Below are positions 12,032 to 21,883 of a stretch of 64,000 nt of DNA, one piece after another. The notes beneath the pieces were generated by a model. The model was not told the origin of the DNA, did no database searches, and saw only the letters and a list, made by a program, of their open reading frames with translations. Numbering within the stretch: position 1 is the stretch's first letter; each line of letters starts with the position of its first letter. The stretch is taken from contig CAVOID010000015.1 in assembly GCA_963695875.1 (NCBI GenBank), forward strand, positions 18,243 to 82,242, read 5' to 3'. A program made the translations under genes and the position numbers. Source of the DNA: an uncultured delta proteobacterium. GTDB lineage: Bacteria; Desulfobacterota; Syntrophia; Syntrophales; UBA2185.

Positions 12032-14444
12032 ATGAAAATGAATAAAACCTTTAAAAGATGCAGGGTCTCTTTCCGAAGGTTCATTCCTTTATCAGCTTTC
12101 TTATGTCTTTTCATGTTGGTTCCCGCTTTTGGAAGTCTCTTTATTGGTACTGCCTTTTCATCGGAGGAATCGCCGGTTGTAAAGAATCCGGGTCTGAGTC
12201 CGAAGACATCAGGTTCGTCTGAAGGCCAATCGCCCGGAAAATATATAGACCAGGGAGTCCTTTCGTTTGATCGGGGCGCCTTTGATGATGCCATTGTAAA
12301 CTTCGAAGCTGCCATACGTTTGTGTGAGCAGGATACTAACAAGGTCAAGCAGTGCGAGGCACTAATAAGGCTGTCTCAGGCCAGTCATTTTACCGGCCAA
12401 TACAAGAAAGCACTGCAAAGCTTGGAAAAGGCCATGACCATTGCAAGAGAATTGAATGACGGACATCAAATTGCCGCTATCTTCGGTTCCATGGGAAATG
12501 TCTATATCGGAATGGGTAATGGTAATTTGGCTTTAGAAAATTTGAATCAGGGACTCCTTATCGCAAAAGAATCAGGATATGTCAGATGTGACAGCTGTCA
12601 TTCTGAACAATTTTGGGAACCTGTACGTTTCGCAGAACAAATATGATGACGCACTCAATGCATATCGGGAAAGCGCTCAGCAAGCGAAGAAAGCGAAGAA
12701 CATTTCGCTTGCAGTCCAGGCTGATATCAATGGGGCGACGGCCGCATTGAGAGGCGGTAAATATGCCGATGCCCGGAAGCAACTCGATAAGGCGGTGGGT
12801 CAACTTCGCAGTCTCGAAGATTCCTATGCCAAGGCTTACAGCCTCATCAACGCAGGCATTGTATACTCTGATCTTCGTGTGTATTATCCTGACCAAAAGC
12901 AGGTTCTTTTAAAGCAAGCTTACACTGCAATCAATGAAGCCCTTACTGTGGCCCAAAAGATAAACGACCAGAGAACAGTATCATATGCATACGGCTATCT
13001 CGGAAAACTGTATGAAGATGAACGTCAATATGAGGAGGCCCTCGAATTAACCAGACGGGCAATATTTGCGGCCCAACAGAAAAATGCAAACGAGGCTCTG
13101 TATAGATGGCACTGGCAGAGCGGACGGATTCTCGCCCATCTGGGTAACATAGATGAAGCAATTGTATCTTACAGAAATGCGATACATGACCTGCAGGCTA
13201 TCCGGGAGGAATTTGCTTCCTGCTATGCCAGTCCTGAATCGTCCTACCAAAAAACCGCAAGTGTCGTCAGTTTTGAAATGGTGAAATTGCTCCTCGAGCG
13301 TGCCTCCGTGCTCCAGAAAGGGGAGGCTGTCGAGCCTTATCTGGTCGAAGCCCGTGAGGCTTTAGAAATCTTGAAGGTGTTTGAGTTGCGGGAGTACTTC
13401 AAAGACGATTGCGTGGATGCCGCCCGATTTGTTGAGAAAAAACTGGATGTAGTTTCTGAGAAGGCCGTGGTAATTTATCCGATTCTGTTAGATGATCATG
13501 TGGAACTCCTGGTAAGCTTTTCAGGACGCCTCAAAAGATTTACACTCCCTGTGGGAGCAGTTGCCTTAACCAACGAGATCAGGGAATTCCGCAGAAAGCT
13601 CGAAAAACGAACCACAGGAGAGTACCTGCCCCATGCCCAGAAGCTTTATGACTGGATCATCCGACCTCTCGAAAAAGACCTTAATTCTGTGAAAATTGAT
13701 GCCGTTGTGTTCGTGCCGGATGGACCTCTCCGGACAATTCCCATGGCTGCGTTACACGATGGAAATAAATTTCTAATTAATCGTTACCCGGTTGCTATTA
13801 CCCCGGGATTAAATCTTACGGATCCGCGCCCCTTCAAACGGGAGAACGCAAAAGTACTGGCCCTGGGGTTGACCGAACCCAGGCAGGGGTTTCCCGGTCT
13901 GCCCTATGTATCCGGTGAGCTCAAGGCTATTAAACAACTTTATGGAGGGCAGTTCCTGCTGAATGGGGAGTTCCGTGTGTCTAATGTGGAAAAAGAGCTG
14001 AAGAAGGAACCCTTTAGTATTGTCCATATAGCCTCGCACGGCCATTTTGGGGGGGACGTGGGTGATACATTCCTCCTGGCATTTGATGAAAAGTTCACTA
14101 TAGATCGCTTCGGAGAGTATGTGGGTCTTTTCAAATTCCGTGATGAGCCCCTGGATTTACTCACATTGAGCGCATGTGAAACCGCCGCAGGGGATGACCG
14201 GGCAGCACTGGGCCTGGCTGGGGTTGCCATCCGGGCAGGCGCCAGGAGCGCTCTTGCAACACTTTGGCATGTCAATGATCCCGCATCTTATGAGTTGATC
14301 GTAGAATTTTACAAACAGCTACAGCATCCGTCTGTCTCGAGAGCCGCGGCACTCCAGGCAGCACAACTCAAACTGCTCGGAGATCTGCGCTACGATCATC
14401 CCGGTTACTGGGCGCCTTTCATTTTGATCAACAACTGGTTGTGA
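12032..14444 (+). CDS. Exported TPR-CHAT (caspase-HetF family) protease (frameshift near 12580)
   Basis: Hydrophobic N-terminus; TPR helices; FVPDGPLRTIPMAAL, HIASHG (His), LSACET (Cys), LATLWHVND, HPGYWAPF. Confidence 0.92.
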
Positions 14445-14459
14445 GGTTGCCTGCAAGGT

Positions 14460-16400
14460 ATGGCACAGTTTCTCAAATTCATCCAGAAACCCATCATCGT
14501 CAAATTGATGGGAGGTCTCCTCGTTTTTCTGCTTATCGTGGGTTTGCGAAACAGCGGACATCTCGAATTTCTGGAACTCGCAGCGTATGACTGGTTCATA
14601 CGCATGGAGCCGAAACTCTCCAGCGGAGATCCCAGGATAACGCTCATAGAGATTTCCGAAAAAGACATTCATGCCCATGGCCGCTGGCCCCTGACGGATG
14701 AGGCCCTCGCCAAAGCCATGAATATTCTCGTCAAGGATAATCCCCGTGCCGTTGGCCTGGACATTTATCGCGATATTCTCGTGCCTCCAGGAAGCGAAGA
14801 ATTAAACGCCATCTTCGTCGAAAATCCTCAAATCATCGGGGTGATGACATTCGGCGAGAAGGGTGTGCGGCCGCCGGCGATCATCAGCAATACGGAGCAA
14901 GTGGGGTTTAACGACATACTTGTCGATCCCGGAGGTATTGTGAGGAGAGCGCTTATCTTTCTGGATGACGGTGAGAATGTGTATAATTCTTTTGCCCTCC
15001 GGCTCGCTTCTCTTTATCTTCATGCGGAAGGAATTGCTCTACAGGCTGATCCGGAAAATCCGCAATACATCCGTCTGAAGGATACTACGATAAAACCTTT
15101 TGAGGCAAATGACGGGGGCTATATTAAGGCGGATGCTAGAGGTTACCAGTTTCTTCTGGACTTCGAGAACGCGGGCTTGCCTTTTCGGTCCTATTCTTTC
15201 TCCAAGCTGTTATCCGGTGAAGTTCCAGCGGAAGCGATCGCCGATAAAATAATCCTAATCGGCGTCAGCGCCCAGAGCGTCAAAGACTTTTTTTATACAC
15301 CGCTGAGCAAAGGTTTCGAAGAGGTCCAGCAGGTTCCCGGTGTTGTTCTGCACGGACACATTATAAGCCAACTGCTGAGGTTCGCCCTCGACGGAACTTC
15401 ACCGCTAAAGACATTGCCGGAAACGCAGAAGCTCATCTGGATCTTGCTCTGGAGCCTCACAGGAGGTTTGATCGGACTCCGCATACGCTCCGTATGGCGC
15501 TTCTCTATGTTGATCTTAGGCGGCTTGGTGCTTCTTTGTCTTGCGTCATATTTTGCCTTTCTTGCCCGCTGGTGGATTCCCCTGGTGCCTCCAGCTCTAT
15601 CATTCTTCATATCCGCTGTTGTCGTCACGGCCTACATGTCAAGCCATGAAAAGAAAGAGCGGGCCCTCCTGATGCAGCTCTTTTCGAGACATGTGTCAAA
15701 AGAAATTGCGGAGATCATCTGGCAGCAGAAGGATCAGTTTCTGAACGACGGCCGTCCCCGATCCCAGAAAATGACGGCTACCGTTTTTTTCTCCGATTTA
15801 AAGGGTTTTACAACGATGTCCGAAAAGATGGACCCGCAGGAGCTTATCGACTGGCTGAACGCCTATATGGAACCTATGACGCGCTTGATTATGGAGCACG
15901 GCGGGGTCATCGATGACTATGCCGGGGATGGCATCAAGGCGAACTTCGGTGTGCCGCTGCCGCGGAAAAATGAAGATGAGGTGCGCTCGGACGCCATGAA
16001 TGCAATTAACTGCGCTCTTGCCATGGAGAAAGAAATGTGCCGCCTCAATGCCTTCTGGAGCCAAAAGGGGCTTCCCGCCATGGGGACGCGGGTCGGCATC
16101 TTTACCGGGACTGTTGTGGCGGGCCTTCTGGGAAGCTCAAAGCGATTAAAGTACACCACCGTCGGCGATACCGTTAACATTGCCGCGCGGCTGGAAAGTT
16201 ATGACAAAGAAGTGTGCAAAGATGCCCTCTGCCGCATCCTCATCGGTGAGCCGACTTTGCGCCATGTCAACGGCCAGTTTAAGACAGAAAGAATAGGAGA
16301 GGTCAGCCTGAAAGGAAAGGATGAAAGAATAATCGTTCACCGGGTGCTGGGTGATGAATCTCCCGGCTCTCAAGCAATATCAAAGGAGGGAATATCATGA
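14460..16400 (+). CDS. CHASE2-domain class III nucleotidyl cyclase
   Basis: CHASE2 (WP..D, GLDIYRD, D..GIVRR, PGVVLH); 3 TM helices; FSDLKGFT, GDG, GDTVNIAARLES. Confidence 0.93.
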   Translation: MAQFLKFIQKPIIVKLMGGLLVFLLIVGLRNSGHLEFLELAAYDWFIRMEPKLSSGDPRITLIEISEKDIHAHGRWPLTDEALAKAMNILVKDNPRAVGLDIYRDILVPPGSEELNAIFVENPQIIGVMTFGEKGVRPPAIISNTEQVGFNDILVDPGGIVRRALIFLDDGENVYNSFALRLASLYLHAEGIALQADPENPQYIRLKDTTIKPFEANDGGYIKADARGYQFLLDFENAGLPFRSYSFSKLLSGEVPAEAIADKIILIGVSAQSVKDFFYTPLSKGFEEVQQVPGVVLHGHIISQLLRFALDGTSPLKTLPETQKLIWILLWSLTGGLIGLRIRSVWRFSMLILGGLVLLCLASYFAFLARWWIPLVPPALSFFISAVVVTAYMSSHEKKERALLMQLFSRHVSKEIAEIIWQQKDQFLNDGRPRSQKMTATVFFSDLKGFTTMSEKMDPQELIDWLNAYMEPMTRLIMEHGGVIDDYAGDGIKANFGVPLPRKNEDEVRSDAMNAINCALAMEKEMCRLNAFWSQKGLPAMGTRVGIFTGTVVAGLLGSSKRLKYTTVGDTVNIAARLESYDKEVCKDALCRILIGEPTLRHVNGQFKTERIGEVSLKGKDERIIVHRVLGDESPGSQAISKEGIS

Positions 16401-17150
16401 ATAACCTGAAACTAATAGTAATCGTCGGGCTTATTGCGGCGCTGCCGTTTCTCACCGGCGCAGCAGATGAGGGTAAGACAAAGCGGTCTGATGAAAATAC
16501 CCAAACAGATCAAAAAGCGAAGCAGGTTACGACCGTGGGCAAGCCCGTATACAAACCGCCTCTCCGCGGATCGCCAGCCGGGCGTGTGGGGGGTGGAACG
16601 CGCGGGATGACAGAAAGGGAGTCCTTTTCTCTACAGGTCCTGGCGCCGGACCACATTGGTTTGACGATCCAGGATCAACCCTGTCTCTACTGGTACGTAT
16701 CGAAACCAATCCCTTATCCTGTTGAACTGACCGTTATTGAAAGAAATGCAGTGAAACCACTTCTTGAAAAGATCATCAAGGGTCCTGATAAGGGTGGCAT
16801 CCAATTCATTCGTTTAGCCGATTATGCTGTGCATCTGCGTCGGAATGTCCCATACAAATGGTTTGTGACCCTTGTGACCGATTCCAATCACCGTTCCAAA
16901 GATATTCTGGCAGGTGGCATAATAACACTGGTTGAACCGCCGCCATCGCTATTCGGCCAAACTCAAGGCGGCAGACAGCGGCAAAGCGCCCTATATTTAC
17001 GCCGAGGAGGGGCTATGGTATGATGCGCTGGGAGCGATATCAGGGATGATCGATGCTTCACCGAATAATGTGGATCTCCGCAAACAGCGCGCCTCCCTTT
17101 TAGAACAGGTAGGTTTAAGTGAAGTTGCAGAATTTGAGAATCGGCAATAA
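16397..17150 (+). CDS. DUF928-family exported protein (frameshift near 16955)
   Basis: YKPP..GSPAGRVGGGTR, LAPDHIGLT..QP.LYWY; second frame YAEEGLWYDAL..LLEQVGL. Confidence 0.85.
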
Positions 17151-17329
17151 GTGTTTAAAAAACAAATAGAAACAAAACTGACATAAATTATAGAATAGGC
17201 TGATGCTTTGTATATGATGGGCGTGAAGTCTGTGAATGCCAACCCGTCGACCAGACAACGAAAGTGACCTTTGATATAGATGGACACGTGAAGGAAGTAA
17301 GGGAAATCCATAAGGAACAGTAGACTGCC

Positions 17330-18256
17330 ATGAACGAGAACGAGAGCGGGAAAAAGGGACTTACGGGGAGCAGAGTTTTCGGGCAATTGCCCAAAGAGAA
17401 GTGGGATGAGCTCACTAGGGCTATGGAGAACCAGGTGGTAGCACGGCGTACGATCATCTTCAGGCAGGGGGATCCAGGGGACAAGTTTTACATTATCCAT
17501 TCAGGGAAAGTGAGGGTGTTCAGGAAGGACGCTGATGGATTGGAGACGGACTTGTCTTTGCTGGGAGCGGGTGAAAGCTTTGGTGAGATGGCCCTGCTGA
17601 CAGGTGAGACGAGATCAGCGAACGTGGAGGCGGTAGAAGAGACCCGCCTAAAGGTGCTTTCCAAAGAGCAATTTGAGCTTATTCTGAAGGACTTTCCCCA
17701 TATTTCCCTGGCCTTTGTGAAGCAGATGTCGGGATGGCTTCTGAGGGATGAGAAGACCATTGAGAAGGAAGCGCAACAACTTTACCGGGCACATCACATA
17801 TCCTGGTTTGATTTTCTGCTGGTGATCGGGGTGAGTGTAATTCTAGCCCTCGTGTTCAATAAGTCTAACCCGAACGGGATACCCCTGTTTCCGAAGTTTC
17901 CTGACAGGAAAGCGATTTCCGAGATCAGCGCTGCTCAGGCGATGGAAGAGGTGAAGAAGGGCGAAGCGCTCATCGTGGATGCTGGTCCTGAAGCCTTCTA
18001 TGAAAAGAAACATATCCAGGGGGCGATCAGCATACCGCTCTCTCTTTTTGATATAGTGTATACGATGGCCTTTGGAGGGAATGAGAAGGGGAAAAAGGTG
18101 ATTGTGTACGGAGGAACATTCAGCAAGCTCTATGATTGGGAGCTGGCGGACAAGCTCCTTCTTCGGGGGCATAAGGATGTGAAGGTGTTGGAGGGGGGGA
18201 TGGCGACCTGGGAAAAAAAGGGCTATCCGGTGGAGGAGGAGAAAGGGAAGGAATGA
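17330..18256 (+). CDS. cNMP-binding domain / TM helix / rhodanese-like fusion protein
   Basis: [32 protein letters not shown] helix; [29 protein letters not shown]. Confidence 0.9.
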   Translation: MNENESGKKGLTGSRVFGQLPKEKWDELTRAMENQVVARRTIIFRQGDPGDKFYIIHSGKVRVFRKDADGLETDLSLLGAGESFGEMALLTGETRSANVEAVEETRLKVLSKEQFELILKDFPHISLAFVKQMSGWLLRDEKTIEKEAQQLYRAHHISWFDFLLVIGVSVILALVFNKSNPNGIPLFPKFPDRKAISEISAAQAMEEVKKGEALIVDAGPEAFYEKKHIQGAISIPLSLFDIVYTMAFGGNEKGKKVIVYGGTFSKLYDWELADKLLLRGHKDVKVLEGGMATWEKKGYPVEEEKGKE

Positions 18257-18756
18257 TCCATACATTTCTAAAACAGATTGTGACGAGTCCGTATCTGGCG
18301 CTGATTCTGAGGGTGTTCGTGGGCTATATCTTTCTGTACGCTAGCGTGAGCAAGATACCGCACCCTGCGCAGTTTGCGGAAGCGACGGCAGCCTATCAAC
18401 TGATCCCGTACTGGTTTCTGAATGTGGGGGCTATACTATTGCCGTGGATCGAGTTTGTGAGCGGGCTGTTTCTGATCATCGGGCTGAGGACGAGGGCGGC
18501 GGCAACCCTCATCGGTCTGATGTTGATCATGTTCACCGTGATGGTCCTGACCAACATGTACTGGGGAGCGTCTATTACGTGTGGGTGTTATGATACGGTG
18601 GGGGAGCCTATTGGGTGGAAGAAGGTCAGTGAGGACATATTACTGCTCCTCTTCACGATACAGATTTACTTCTGTGACAGGTTGTTCATCTTCCGCAGGG
18701 GGGGCTTAATGCCCAGCATAAAGGGCATGGTCGCTACTCTGACAGGATTGCAATAA
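18253..18756 (+). CDS. MauE/DoxX-family membrane protein
   Basis: [31 protein letters not shown] motif; overlaps the upstream stop (ATGA). Confidence 0.88.
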   Translation: MIHTFLKQIVTSPYLALILRVFVGYIFLYASVSKIPHPAQFAEATAAYQLIPYWFLNVGAILLPWIEFVSGLFLIIGLRTRAAATLIGLMLIMFTVMVLTNMYWGASITCGCYDTVGEPIGWKKVSEDILLLLFTIQIYFCDRLFIFRRGGLMPSIKGMVATLTGLQ

Positions 18757-18764
18757 GGTGGCCT

Positions 18765-19130
18765 ATGATGCACACATCAAGATTTCAGGATTATGGATTG
18801 ATGGTTGGTCTTTGCGTGCTTCTGATGCTTCTGCTCTCATGTGAGTCCAAGGATAAATACGCGGGAGTATACAAAGCGGTGGGGAATGAGTCGGTGAAGC
18901 AGGGGGAGACCGTCTTGGAATTGAAGGGGAATGGGGATGGTCTGTGGAGAGTGGCCTCTGATGAGGTAGCGGGAACCTTCGTAGAGGTCCCCTTTGTGTG
19001 GTACATCAAGCAGGGGGAGTTGCGGGTGAACACCAGAGCAGGGGGAGTGATTGTGGGGAAGATAGGGAAGGACACCATTCAGATGACCCTCCCAGGCTCC
19101 AAAGTGATGACCTTCAAGAAGATCCAATAA
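18765..19130 (+). CDS. Hypothetical lipoprotein
   Basis: Lipobox LLLSC after a hydrophobic stretch; last gene of the + strand run. Confidence 0.7.
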   Translation: MMHTSRFQDYGLMVGLCVLLMLLLSCESKDKYAGVYKAVGNESVKQGETVLELKGNGDGLWRVASDEVAGTFVEVPFVWYIKQGELRVNTRAGGVIVGKIGKDTIQMTLPGSKVMTFKKIQ

Positions 19131-19156
19131 GTCCAGAGGTCGAATCTCGGAAGCAG

Positions 19157-19585
19157 CTATCTATTCCCATTGGGTTCGACTGGATACTTCGCTACCTCCC
19201 AGGCCCTCCATCCGCCCTTCAATGCGTATATCTTCTTGTATCCTTTCTCCATGAACTGCAGTGCCGCACGGGCACTGGTCGCTTCATCGTGTCACTTACA
19301 ATAAAAAACTAATGTTTTCTCTTTTGGATACTTGTTGATCCAGGAGGTAAGATAGCGGACGTCCTCGTGAACAGCCCCCTTGATCTTGTTCTTGCTGTTC
19401 TCCCAGTCGTGGACCGTCCTCACATCGATAACGATGACATCGGGATTCACAAGCTGCGCTTTCAGCCCATCAATAGACATCTTCTGCACACTCTCGGGGG
19501 TGAGCTCCGTCGCGGCGAAACTAACCGTTCCCGCGAAACCCACCGCAAGCACCATCAAGGCCAGAAAGAATACTGTTTTTCTCAT
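19157..19585 (-). CDS. Exported rhodanese-domain selenoprotein candidate, 142 aa, Sec at codon 98 (YCKUHDEATSARAA)
   Basis: In-frame TGA at 19294-19292; the frame continues with a normal rhodanese C-terminus KGYKKIYALKGGWRAWEVAKYPVEP; SECIS-like hairpin; signal peptide. Confidence 0.9.
19259..19294 (-). promoter_or_regulatory. Bacterial SECIS-like element
   Basis: UGA, 16 nt, then GUGCC-CGUGC-GGCAC; the stem extends to CAGUGCC/GGCACUG. Confidence 0.8.
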
Positions 19586-19810
19586 TTATCCCTCCTTTTG
19601 CGCCGGTCAATTGTTAAGGGTTACTTCTTAAGTCTCTTCTCATATTTTTTGGAAGGTCATTTATGGCTACTGTAAGTAAATCGGCTGGGTTCTTGTCATG
19701 CTCAACGGCAACAAATCTTAGTTTCTTTATAAACGTGCTAATCAAGACGAAATGATACCACTTTTCAGATAGTCTTGAGCGTGTATTAATCACCCCGCAT
19801 CGCTTCAAGA

Positions 19811-20122
19811 TTACTGGATGATCTGCGGTTTCCCTTCGATCGGGAATTCTTGCTTGGCCAGACCCTCTACAATCTTCTCGATACTGGTTTTTGCATCGTC
19901 GAATTTTACCGTGACTTCGTGAGTTAATTGGTTCGCATCATATTGCAGCACGCCCGGGATTTCCTTCAGGGTAGCACGTACCCATTTAGCCGAGTCCGGT
20001 CACTCACATCCGGGAACTACCATTTTGACAATTCTTTCGGCAGCAAAAATGGGTTGTGATGCGACGAGCAGGAACATCACACTCAAAAGACAGACGATCA
20101 GGGAATGTTTACTCCGCTTCAT
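19811..20122 (-). CDS. Exported HMA (MerP/CopZ-like) selenoprotein candidate, 103 aa, Sec at codon 41 (VPGCEUPDS); absent from the ORF track
   Basis: MKRSKHSLIVCLLSVMFLLVASQPIFAAERIVKMVVPGCE-TGA-PDSAKWVRATLKEIPGVLQYDANQLTHEVTVKFDDAKTSIEKIVEGLAKQEFPIEGKPQIIQ; RBS GAGGGG; HMA-fold pattern. Confidence 0.87.
19969..20002 (-). promoter_or_regulatory. Bacterial SECIS-like element
   Basis: UGA, 16 nt, then GGGUA-CGUGC-UACCC. Confidence 0.8.
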
Positions 20123-20294
20123 GGGTATTCCCCTCAATATTTTTGGGTTAGATTATACGGATGCCTCTTTCTAAGAGATGGGTCTTCTATACATAGTTTA
20201 CATTTTTTATTTCTCAAACAAATTGGTTAAATCGGATAGAAGGGTTAAGTGGATAAGATATAAATGAACGAATATAATTTTATACTTATGTGAA

Positions 20295-20323
20295 TTTATA
20301 TAGTGATTCTTCTTCTATGTCAA
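20295..20323 (-). promoter_or_regulatory. Sigma70-type promoter upstream of the Sec-HMA and Sec-rhodanese genes
   Basis: TTGACA-17 nt-TATAAA. Confidence 0.6.
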
Positions 20324-20741
20324 GCTAATTTTGTCACTAAATATGTCCGGTATAGCTGTCGATTTCCACGAGTATGCTTGTGAGAGTTTTTCGATGATCG
20401 CTGGTAGATATCAGAAGGTCAAGCATTTGTATGAATTTCTCCCCGGTCTCATGATCTCTAAAAACATAGGGAGAATTCCGTTCTCTAAACTATATGTGCC
20501 AACAGAGTAGAAGATTACCGTTAAAAACATTCACTTTCACTGCCCACGTTATGGTACCTCATAAAAAATAAATCATGCCCCTTCTCTCTTTCAAAAATTA
20601 CTCTCCGGTGGATGGAAGGATGCTCATATTGGGCAAAAGTCATATCTGGCAAAGATCAGGACGCATATTTTTTACAGCGAGCAAGGCTCCTCCATGCAGC
20701 CGGAAAAAGAAAATGATCAAAGAACCAGATGACCAAATAAC

Positions 20742-21260
20742 CTATTTGGCAGAACGCACCGGGAGAACCCGGCTGCTGATGACGTACGACTGGGGATTCC
20801 AACTCCGTTCGCCGTACCGGAAATTGAAGACGGCGGCGGCGGAATCGCGCGTCGCCGAGTTCCATAACCAAAAACAGGTAATATCTATCAACTCCGTTGC
20901 GATATGAATATTATAGCTTCGATTGCATGCTCCTGGACGGGATTTACTCGCATCATACAGCCCCATCAATTCATCCTGCGTTGGCATCCGCCAGTCCGTA
21001 TAGCCGCCGCCGCGATAATTCTCGCAATAACTCTTGGCATCCGCCCAGTTTATGTTGCGTTCATTGTCCTTTGCCGCCCACATTAGGTTCGTCTGTGTGT
21101 CCAGGACCGTCCCATCATCATAGGCGATGAAACGACCGTCTCTGGCGATCTCTCCGGCTGCGGCATATTCTGCAAAAACAAAAGTACCTATATAAAAAAC
21201 CAACACCATTGCCGCAATGAAAAAGCCCTTTCTCAAGTCAGTCATACGTTCACCTCTCAT
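20742..21260 (-). CDS. Exported DUF1566 (Lcl/C-type-lectin-like) protein
   Basis: RFIAYDDGTVLDTQTNLMW..INWADAKSYCE..GGYTDWRMPTQDEL..RVLPVR; the start may be 21245. Confidence 0.88.
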   Translation of the reverse strand: MRGERMTDLRKGFFIAAMVLVFYIGTFVFAEYAAAGEIARDGRFIAYDDGTVLDTQTNLMWAAKDNERNINWADAKSYCENYRGGGYTDWRMPTQDELMGLYDASKSRPGACNRSYNIHIATELIDITCFWLWNSATRDSAAAVFNFRYGERSWNPQSYVISSRVLPVRSAK

Positions 21261-21326
21261 AATTCTAATCTCTAGGGGTTAAATTTCCCTAAGCTTACTT
21301 CGCTCGTAAAGGACCCGAACCTTCAG

Positions 21327-21358
21327 ATACCCCGCAGCTTGCTGCCAGGGTAGTTCAT
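21327..21358 (+). repeat. Miniature palindromic element, right-end copy
   Basis: ATACCCCGCAGCTTGCTGCCAGGGTAGTTCA parallels AGATTCTCCGGAGCTTGCTCCGGAGAGCTTCA at the end of the 52558-52674 element. Confidence 0.6.
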
Positions 21359-21464
21359 TTTGTTTTTTCCACTAACCGCTTGGCTTTCCGGCGTTGCCAC
21401 AGTATTTCAACGATGTATCCGTAGGCTCCAGCCACTCACAAAAATTGACGGATGATTAAGACAC

Positions 21465-21497
21465 AAAACCCCGCTCTCGCTTGAGAAACGGGGTTTC
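21465..21497 (-). terminator. Intrinsic terminator-like hairpin
   Basis: Minus strand AAACCCCGTTTCTC-AAGC-GAGAGCGGGGTTTT. Confidence 0.7.
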
Positions 21498-21883
21498 GAT
21501 AAGCTCTTCATGGCACCACCCTTACAAAAAGGGTTCAGACTAGTTGTTAACCTTTTGACGATGCCCTATTTAAATATGATTATTTTTTGCTCTCAATTCT
21601 TTGAAAAGTCAAGAGACAAATTTCATTGATAATCATTTGAAAGGATGTATATCTATCAAAACCACGGGACACTGCCTTCACCCTCAGAATCTATTATCCA
21701 TGAGACCTAACGATTACCATTGTAAGAATCAATATTTCCCTAACATTAATGGTTAGGAGGAAGTAGCGGATTATCGCTGTCACCCGAGAGCTGTGCAGAT
21801 CAATTTGAAAGCGATTATCATGACAAGTCGCTAAGACGAAAAATCAAAAAACCTATTACCGAGGTTACAATAAGAAAATTAAT

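Noticed and set aside
14442..14444. Other TGA stops (CHAT, cyclase, cNMP-rhodanese) as Sec codons
   Set aside because: They fall at natural domain ends or overlap the next start, with no preceding Cys motif or CGUGC hairpin
12032..16400. CHAT plus cyclase as an anti-phage system (Craspase, CBASS, Pycsar)
   Set aside because: No Cas7-11, CD-NTase or gasdermin; the CHAT looks exported and the cyclase has a CHASE2 sensor, which fits envelope signalling better
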